From positions 372,001 to 436,000 of the forward strand of contig NIVC01000558.1 in the NCBI GenBank assembly GCA_002269645.1: a stretch of 64,000 bases of DNA. The letters are read 5' to 3'. Below the pieces are notes generated by a model that was not told the origin of the DNA, searched no databases, and worked only from the letters and a program-made list of their open reading frames with translations. Position numbers and translations under genes: made by a program. Positions within the stretch are counted from its first letter, which is position 1. The number at the start of each line of letters is the position of its first letter. The stretch is from Macrostomum lignano (taxonomy: Eukaryota). Of this stretch, positions 55,189-64,000 are shown piece after piece.

Positions 55189-55285
55189 TAGAATAAGCCT
55201 AGAATATTGCAATATTGATATCCAAGGGTTCTCAAGGGGTTTAACGAGCTTGACATAACAAACAAGAGAACTGCCGGAAGCTCAC

Positions 55286-56087
55286 TGTAGCAGCGGTTCT
55301 CCCCAAAGCTGGCACCGCCGCCAGGGCACAGGTCGCATTTAGTCATGCCGGACCTGATCGCCAGGGCGAAGTTCCTGTCGCACTGCTGGCATTCGGCTGC
55401 ACCCTCCGCGTCAGAGAAGGTGCCCGGTGGGCAGGCCTTGCACTGCTTGCTGCCTTCCTCAGAGAACTGGCCAGCCGGGCAGCGGGTGCAAGCCGAGGCG
55501 CCCGCCGCTGAGAAGCTGCCGGCCGGACACGGCGTGCATTCGATCGAACCGCTCCGGCTTGAGAACTTGCCGGCCGGACACGACGTGCAGGCGGCCGCTC
55601 CAGCTGGGGAGACGTGGCCCGGCTGGCACTTGCTGCACTTTGCTGCTCCAGCCTTGCTCCAGGTGCCGGCGGGACACTGAACGCAGGCTGGGGAGCCGCT
55701 GAAGCTGATGAAGCTACCGGCAGGGCACGGCGTGCAGCTCGACAAGCCGTCCGTGGAAGCCATCGAGCCTTTGGCGCACTTCTGGCAGTTCGCCGAGCCC
55801 GAGCTGGCGGCGAAGCTGCCCGGCCAGCACTTAGAGCAGGCGGCGGCCCCGGCGCGGCTGTATGAGCCTTTCGGGCACTTCTGGCACTTGGAACTCACGG
55901 CTATCTCCCTATAAGTGCCGGCGCTGCAGGGCTCGCAGATGAAGTCCGAGTCTTTGCTGAGCTGGTGGCCCGACAGGCACACGCTGTGGTCTTCACGCTT
56001 GTCTCTTGGCAGTTCCTCGGCCAGATTGAGAGATGGTCCGGTCAGAGCGGCCACCAGAGCCGCGGCAACTAGCAGAGAAATGTTCAT
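55286..56087 (-). CDS. Exon 1 of secreted Cys-rich protein: signal peptide, RDKR furin-type site, 13 CxxC(PAG) GCC2/GCC3 (ephrin-receptor-like) units
   Basis: ATG at 56087 gives MNISLLVAAALVAALTGPSL. CxxCPAG(T/S)(F/Y) units repeat every 16-17 aa. Donor TACA|GTGAGC is phase 1. Confidence 0.88.
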
Positions 56088-56093
56088 TGCTGA

Positions 56094-56236
56094 GAGTAGA
56101 TTGTGTGAGTAGATTGTGTGAGTAGATTGTGTGAGTAGATTGTGTGAGTAGATTGTGTGAGTAGATTGTGTGAGTAGATTGTGTGAGTAGATTGTGTGAG
56201 TAGATTGTGTGAGTAGATTGTGTGAGTAGTTTGTGC
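56094..56236. repeat. 13-bp repeat (gagtagattgtgt) x about 11, probably in the 5' UTR of the minus-strand gene
   Basis: Starts 7 nt from the ATG and lies between the ATG and a TATA box. Confidence 0.92.
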
Positions 56237-56268
56237 ACAAGATAGGATCTGGCCAAGGCAGCTACTCA

Positions 56269-56275
56269 TTTTATA
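56269..56275 (-). promoter_or_regulatory. TATA box (TATAAAA) of the Cys-rich lectin-like gene
   Basis: Minus strand reads ggaTATAAAAtgag, about 30 nt upstream of the 13-mer array. Positional inference only. Confidence 0.5.
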
Positions 56276-56621
56276 TCCCAGGAGCTGAATTTCCGAAACT
56301 ATTTTTCTTTGAGGAATGTTAAAAGCAAATTATATTTTAAAACGTTGTTTCAATTTTTAAAGGGCAAAACTTTCAGTGCAGGATTCCAAGCACTCATAAT
56401 TCCTATTATTCTAATTTATTAGAAAATTCCCACACAGAAAATATCAATCTATTTCTTGTTTGAGCTGCAAATTTTGCAAATTTTGAAGGTAAATTGAGAA
56501 TAATTTCAACTACATTCTGCGCATTAAAATTTAATTTCTAGTTAAGGGAATGCATTTCTTGATTGTGAAATGTATTTCTTGAGTTGAGCTAAGCTCACCC
56601 ACCTCACTCCGCACCCACACA

Positions 56622-56762
<141 letters not shown>

Positions 56763-57233
56763 AACTGTACGCAGACAGCCTCAGCAGGTATTGATGAAAA
56801 GGAAAAGCGGGAACACACAAGAGTTGCAAGTCTGGGAAGATGCAAAGCAATGCAAAGCAGACAGTCCGCGATTCCCTCAGAGAAACTGCGCCCCCTCCCC
56901 TTCCTCAGTCTCGAGGTCAATTGCCGGGGGAGCCGGCGCTCCACCTCAGAAGCAGAAGTGGATAGAGGAGTAAAAAAAAAGAGGCAAGGGAGGAAGAGGG
57001 TGAGACGGAGATACCCTCACTTTTGAGTAGCTATGCAAATCTGCCCCCCGCTAAAGCGACTTGAAAACCTATTAAAGAAGAATTGCTCGCGTGTTCCCGA
57101 CGCTCAGGAAGTGTGGGGCTCGTGAATTTCTCTTCTGGTAGGGGGGATCTCTACAGAAATGGGGATCCATTCATTCAAGATTTTGAACAAGAGGACGCCT
57201 TGTGTTAGTTTCTTTGAGACTATCAGATCTCAA

Positions 57234-57818
57234 GCCTTGGCCTTAGCCTTGGCCTTAGCCTTGGCCTTAGCCTTGGCCTTAGCCTTGGCCTTAGCCTTGG
57301 CCTTAGCCTTGGCCTTAGCCTTGGCCTTAGCCTTGGCCTTAGCCTTGGCCTTAGCCTTGGCCTTAGCCTTGGCCTTAGCCTTGGCCTTAGCCTTGGCCTT
57401 AGCCTTGGCCTTAGCCTTGGCCTTAGCCTTGGCCTTAGCCTTGGCCTTAGCCTTGGCCTTAGCCTTGGCCTTAGCCTTGGCCTTAGCCTTGGCCTTAGCC
57501 TTGGCCTTAGCCTTGGCCTTAGCCTTGGCCTTAGCCTTGGCCTTAGCCTTGGCCTTAGCCTTGGCCTTAGCCTTGGCCTTAGCCTTGGCCTTAGCCTTGG
57601 CCTTAGCCTTGGCCTTAGCCTTGGCCTTAGCCTTGGCCTTAGCCTTGGCCTTAGCCTTGGCCTTAGCCTTGGCCTTAGCCTTGGCCTTAGCCTTGGCCTT
57701 AGCCTTGGCCTTAGCCTTGGCCTTAGCCTTGGCCTTAGCCTTGGCCTTAGCCTTGGCCTTAGCCTTGGCCTTAGCCTTGGCCTTAGCCTTGGCCTTAGTC
57801 TTGGCCTTAGCCTTAGCC
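57234..57818. repeat. 12-bp repeat (GCCTTGGCCTTA)n, about 48 near-perfect units
   Basis: Seen directly. Confidence 0.98.
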
Positions 57819-58257
57819 ACAGGCACTCGAAAAATGGCATGGCAGACAATCCGGAGCCACCCACCATCTGTTAATTGCTGCATCAGAGGAGAAATTGCAA
57901 ACACAACACAATAGAACTGTGGAAGACTGTTTTGAAGCAGAATTTCCTCCAAAGCCGGCTGTCTATTGTGTTTCCTTCTGTGGCCTTGGGCTCACCGGTT
58001 TGACTTCCCTAATAGAGGAAACACAGAATTGCAGAGCTGACAGAATAAGTGGGGCTGACACATGTCACACTTCGCGCTTTCCCGCAACCGCAGCGGCCTG
58101 ACTTCTGCAGTCCAATATTTGATTTATGGCTCTCATAAGTGTCTAGGATAATCCGCGGGAGGATTATCGATTTTCGGGTAAAAAGTTGCAAACGGGACAG
58201 AAAAGTGCTGCGGTGTGACAGAGGAAGGGACATCTGCTGCGGATTAGGGCTCGGGTA

Positions 58258-58580
<323 letters not shown>

Positions 58581-59044
58581 AATTAGGCACCTTGTACCTC
58601 TTAACTCCTACAGGTATTGTAGATGAATCATCATATCTAATGTGTTTTCCGAAATAACAAATTTTCGAAAGCTTGCAAATTGGACTGATTAATGAGTTTC
58701 CAATGACCCAGCTAGTAAGAAATGCTTCGTGTCTAAAATAACACTATAGCTTTCACAAATCTCCTTGATAACGAGCAGGCGCCACATTAAATTCTAACTC
58801 TTTAACTGGAACTTCGGGAGAAAAGGTGTGAAATTTATTGGCACCGGATTACTGTTTCGTAGCATCCATTGCAAAGAATTCGATTCTTCTGCATCCTTAT
58901 CGATGGTACAATAACTCTCTATTTAGACCTGATTAAGATTACGAACAATATTTGTCACGCCTGAAAATAGGACAGCCAAGACCAATGTACACCCTTGACA
59001 GGGTTGCGGATCGGCTTTCACTTTGATCTGCGGCTTCTCGACCC

Positions 59045-60000
59045 TCTCTCTCTCTCCACTCTCACTTGTCTCCCCCTCTCTCTCCCTATCTCCCTTTGCC
59101 TATCTTCTTCTCTCCCTCTGCCTTGTCTCTCTCTTTAGCTCTTCCTGTTTCCCTCTCTCCTGCTATCCTTTTCCCTGTCTACTTCTCTCCCTCCATTCTC
59201 CCTGTCTACTTCTCTCCCTCCATTCTCCCTGTCTGCCTCTCTCTGTCTCCCTCTCTCCCTCTCTCCCTCTCCCTGTCTCCCTCTCTCCCTCTCCCTCTCT
59301 CCCTCTCCCTGTCTCCCTCTCTCCCTCTCCCTGTCTCCCTCTCTCCCTCTCTCCCTCTCCCTGTCTCCCTCTCTCCCTCTCCCTGTCTCCCTCTCTCTCT
59401 CCCTGTCTCCTTCTCCCTCTCCCTGTCTCCCTCTCTCCCTCTCCCTGTCTCCCTCTCTCCCTCTCCCTGTCTCCCTCTCTCCCTCTCCCTGTCTCCCTCT
59501 CCCTGTCTCCCTGTCTCCCTCTCCCTGTCTCCCTCTCTCCCTCTCCCTGTCTCCCTCTCTCCCTCTCCCTGTCTCCCTCTCTCCCTCTCCCTGTCTCCCT
59601 CTCTCCCTCTCCCTGTCTCCCTCTCTCCCTCTCCCTGTCTCCCTGTCTCGCTCTCCCTGTCTCCCTGTCTCCCTCTCCCTGTCTCCCTCTCTCCCTCTCC
59701 CTGTCTCCCTCTCTCCCTCTCCCTGTCTCCCTCTCTCCCTCTCCCTGTCTCCCTGTCTCGCTCTCCCTGTCTCCCTGTCTCCCTCTCCCTGTCTCCCTCT
59801 CTCCCTCTCCCTGTCTCCCTGTCTCGCTCTCCCTGTCTCCCTGTCTCCCTCTCCCTGTCTCCTTCTCCCTCTCCCTGTCTCCCTGTCTCCCTCTCCCTGT
59901 CTCCCTCTCTCGCTGTCTCCCTCTCTCGCTGTCTCCCTCTCTGCCTCTCTCCCTGTCTCCCTCTGTCTCCGTCTCCCTCTCCTTCTCCCCATCTCCCTCG
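59045..60000. repeat. (CTCCCT/CTCCCTGT)n pyrimidine-rich repeat
   Basis: Seen directly. Confidence 0.96.
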
Positions 60001-60605
60001 GTTTCATGGGTAAGAAATCCAACACTGACATTACCGATTGCTCAGCACAGCGTCAGCAGTTTAGCAGGAACACGCAGAAAAGTTTGCAACACAAGAAAAT
60101 TACAGGCTGTCACTGAAGTCTCATTACCAGACCACTCCGGTCACAAACATGAAAACACGGCTCTTCAAATTCCGCTACGGCACGATATTGATTTCAGTGT
60201 TCGATCATCTCAACGGCAAGAGATTGCTCATCTGTGCTATCATGGTCACTCGATCTCCGCTCCATCTTCTCTTTCATAGCCGACAATTCGATTCCGATTT
60301 GATGAAGAGAGCAGAAGCTGATGCTGATGCTGCATGCCGGGGATGCAATGGATTACGTCATCAGGGGTCCTTGGGCTCGCTGTTTGGCTGGAGAAAATTT
60401 GAGCATTAATAGGAGGGAGCACTGGGCACGCTCAAACGCGCTTTGAAGGAAATTCTCAGACCAGCGTGTCAGCGACAGAGACAGGCTGTGTTGGGGAGCT
60501 GCGGAGAAGCGAGAGTTGAATTGGGATGGCTGAGGAAATGAGATTGCTCTGCAGCTGCTGGGCCTGACACCCATGGCTGCGGCTGACAGCTGCGTTGGGA
60601 ATGAA

Positions 60606-61185
<580 letters not shown>

Positions 61186-61514
61186 GCTGGAGAAGAATTT
61201 CAGTACCGCAGTCACACAATCATTGATTATTATCCAAGTGAGTGACTGAACTCTACATGCAGAGGCAGCTGCACACCATTGGAATCAATGTCACTCAATA
61301 CCTGTCAGACGGAGTTGAAGCCACAGCCTCATTTCTCAAAGCCACTTCGCTCCGTTGCTGCGCAAACGAACCATATGACCCAACTTTGCTTAGCAAAACT
61401 TCAATAGAATCGGAAAGCAGGTAAGAAATGCGAGTTTAAAATCGAATTCATCCCCTTCGTTCAATGGGTAGACGGTGGCACTTTAAAATTGTCTCATGTG
61501 TGGACGGGCACCAA

Positions 61515-62115
61515 ACTGGGTGTCAGTAAGCTACAAGTCGTGTCAGTAAGCTACAAGTCGTGTCAGTAAGCTACAAGTCGTGTCAGTAAGCTACAAGTCG
61601 TGTCAGTAAGCTACAAGTCGTGTCAGTAAGCTACAAGTCGTGTCAGTAAGCTACAAGTCGTGTCAGTAAGCTACAAGTCGTGTCGGTAAGCTACAAGTCG
61701 TGTCAGTAAGCTACAAACTGGGTGTCAGTAGCTACAAGTCGTGTCAGTAAGCTACAAACTGGGTGTCAGTAAGCTACAAGCTGGGTGTCAGTAGCTACAA
61801 GTCGTGTCAGTAAGCTACAAACTGGGTGTCAGTAAGCTACAAGCTGGGTGTCAGTAGCTACAAGTTGTGTCAGTAAGCTACAAACTGGGTGTCAGTAAGC
61901 TACAAACTGGGTGTCAGTAAACTACAAACTGGGTGTCAGTAAGCTACAAGTCGTGTCAGTAAGCTACAAACTGGGTGTCAGTAAGCTACAAACTGGGTGT
62001 CAGTAAACTACAAACTGGGTGTCAGTAAGCTACAAACTGGGTGTCAGTAAACTACAAACTGGATGTCAGTAAGCTACAAACTGGGTGTCAGTAAGCTACA
62101 AACTGGGTGTCAAGC
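61515..62115. repeat. 20/22-bp minisatellite (gtgtcagtaagctacaagtc / ggtgtcagtaagctacaaactg)
   Basis: Seen directly; polar transition between the two unit types. Confidence 0.96.
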
Positions 62116-62427
62116 TCTAAATCTGGTGGCCAGACAAGGTCAAATATAACCTTGACCTGTTGCGTCACACATGAAGCGAATGCCAGGCATTCAGGCACCT
62201 TCATAAGCTCATTATTGCACCCGCAGTCACGCACTGGGGCAGCAAAGCATTGAATTAAAATTAGGATAAATACAATAAGAAGTTATGCACCAGCAGAATA
62301 GACACTAATATCTCAAAAGTCATGCAAAGTTTTTCGTCCGACAATGTCCAAACCGCATAGCCGAGCCTTCAGGCAATTGCTAAAGAAGGAATCCAGCCTC
62401 TAAAACAGAGAAGGGCGAATGACTCAC

Positions 62428-62493
62428 CGCTCTTCGAGTTCCGCTCCGCACTGGACGAGACTAAATTATCGGACGAATCGAGAGGTTTGAGCA
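62428..62493 (-). CDS. Possible 66-nt symmetric (phase 1/1) exon of a minus-strand gene entering from the right
   Basis: Acceptor ttgccccccactgcag| and donor |GTGAGT; only one frame is open (xLKPLDSSDNLVSSSAERNSKS). No homology recognised. Confidence 0.25.
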
Positions 62494-62754
62494 CTGCAGT
62501 GGGGGGCAAATCGAGTTAATCCTTTATCCCTCGCATTCTCGCGTCATCGCATTCTGGGAAGAGGGGGCTGAGGAGCGGAGGAGAGGGGGTGTGGCGATGA
62601 GGGGATTCTGGACGAGCTGATGAAGAGCGGACACTCAGGTTGCCGGGGCTTTGTGGGGACCTGCTAGCGTTCTGTTTGGCAGTCTGCATCTCCTATGACA
62701 GTCGCTGAGCTGGCGTTGATATCGGATCTGGAGAGTGGAAGTTCTGCTTTAGGA

Positions 62755-63560
62755 ATGGCGCCAAATCTATTGTTGAAATGGCGCCAAATCTACTTTTACG
62801 ATTAGCGCTAAGTCTGTTGCAGGGATGGCGCCAAATCTACTGTAGGAATGGCGCCAAATCTACTGTATGAATGGCGCCAAATCTAATTTTACGATTAGCG
62901 CTAAGTCTGTTGCAGGGATGGCGCCAAATCTACTGTAGGAATGGCGCCAAATCTACTGTAGTAATGGCGCCAAATATACTGTAGGAATGGCGCCAAATCT
63001 ACTGTAGGAATGGTGCCAAATCTAATTTTAGGATTAGCGCAAATTCTGTTGCAAGGATGGCGCCAAATCTACTGTAGGAATGGCGCCAAATCTACTGTAG
63101 AAATAGTGCCACTATCTACTGTAGAAATGGCGCCAATCTATTGTAGGAATGGTGTCAAATCTAATTTTAGGATTTGCGCTAAGTCTGTTGCAAGGATGGC
63201 GCCAAATCTACTGTAGAAATAGTGCCAAATCTACTGTAAGATTGGCGAAAAATCTTTTGTAGGAATGGCGCTAAATCTACGGTAGGAATGGCGCCAAATC
63301 CATTGTAGAACTAGTGCCAAATCTACTGTAGGAATGGCGCTAATCTATTGTAGGAATGGCGCCAAATCTATTGTAGGAATGACGCCAAACCTACTGTAGT
63401 AATGGCGCCAAATCTACTGTAGGAATGACGCCAAATCTACTTTAGTAATGGCGCCAAATCTACTGTTGGAATGGCGCCAAATCTACTGTAGGAGATTAAA
63501 GTAAATCTAATTTTAGGATTAACGCCAAGTCTGTTGCAAGATTGGCGCCAAATCTACTTG
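62755..63560. repeat. ~23-bp minisatellite (atggcgccaaatctactgtagga) with periodic longer variant units
   Basis: Tandem TGGCGCCA-core units. Confidence 0.95.
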
Positions 63561-64000
63561 ACAAGACTCTCACCATCGTCAGGCAGTGCAATCTACTTTC
63601 TTTATGGTTTAAAGTCTTGAGCATAAACTCTAAATTACAAAAACTAAAAACAACAGAACTCAGTTAAAATTTATCAGCGCTTCCATTCCAGTTTTTGTCC
63701 AGTCCAGTAGTCCTTGAAGGTGCAGCCCCCGAGGCGATGCTTTTACAACTACTAAAAGCTACTAACAATCGGGTAGATTCAGTCCGTCAGTCGAAATCCA
63801 CTCTACTGAGCAGAGAGGGCCTTATTTGTGGTTGTGCAATGCAGCCAAATACAGTAGTTAGTGGCTGTTACGTGGACATCAATTCATTTAAGCATGGGTA
63901 CCAGTGGACAGTTGCATTATTGCTGCAGAAGGCGGGTGGGTCATCCTTCAACAGCGTCCATCCCCTAAGTGGCACTCGCGGGAAACTGCAGTTTATAACG

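Noticed and set aside
56088-56240. N-terminal extension (THTIYSHNLL repeats) of the Cys-rich protein
   Set aside because: It comes from the 13-bp repeat with a non-ATG start. The ATG at 56087 opens a clear signal peptide.
57234-57818. Interstitial telomere
   Set aside because: The unit is neither TTAGGG nor TTAGGC; it is an alternating TAAGGC/CAAGGC dodecamer.

Overview
Repeat-saturated eukaryotic (metazoan) genomic DNA. The GC-rich codons, polyQ tracts and dense micro/minisatellites suggest a free-living flatworm such as Macrostomum, but this is inference only. Three genes can be reconstructed with phase-compatible GT-AG splice sites. (1) The last two exons of a RIO2-type kinase (+, 328-566 and 1530-1970). 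(2) A 7-cadherin-repeat protocadherin (+): one exon for the whole ectodomain and TM (28080-30827) plus two small cytoplasmic exons (41382-41525, 51753-52061), about 1066 aa in total. (3) A convergent two-exon secreted protein (-, 56087-55286 and 54437-54028, about 403 aa) with 13 CxxC (GCC2/GCC3-like) units and a C-terminal F-type-lectin-like domain. Most long ORFs in the track are artefacts of tandem repeats. The non-coding DNA holds three copies of a tRNA-derived CORE-like SINE, a second tRNA-headed element, many microsatellites, a 5-kb higher-order satellite inside a protocadherin intron, and about ten otherwise unrelated 19-29 bp minisatellites that all share a GGCGCC core.
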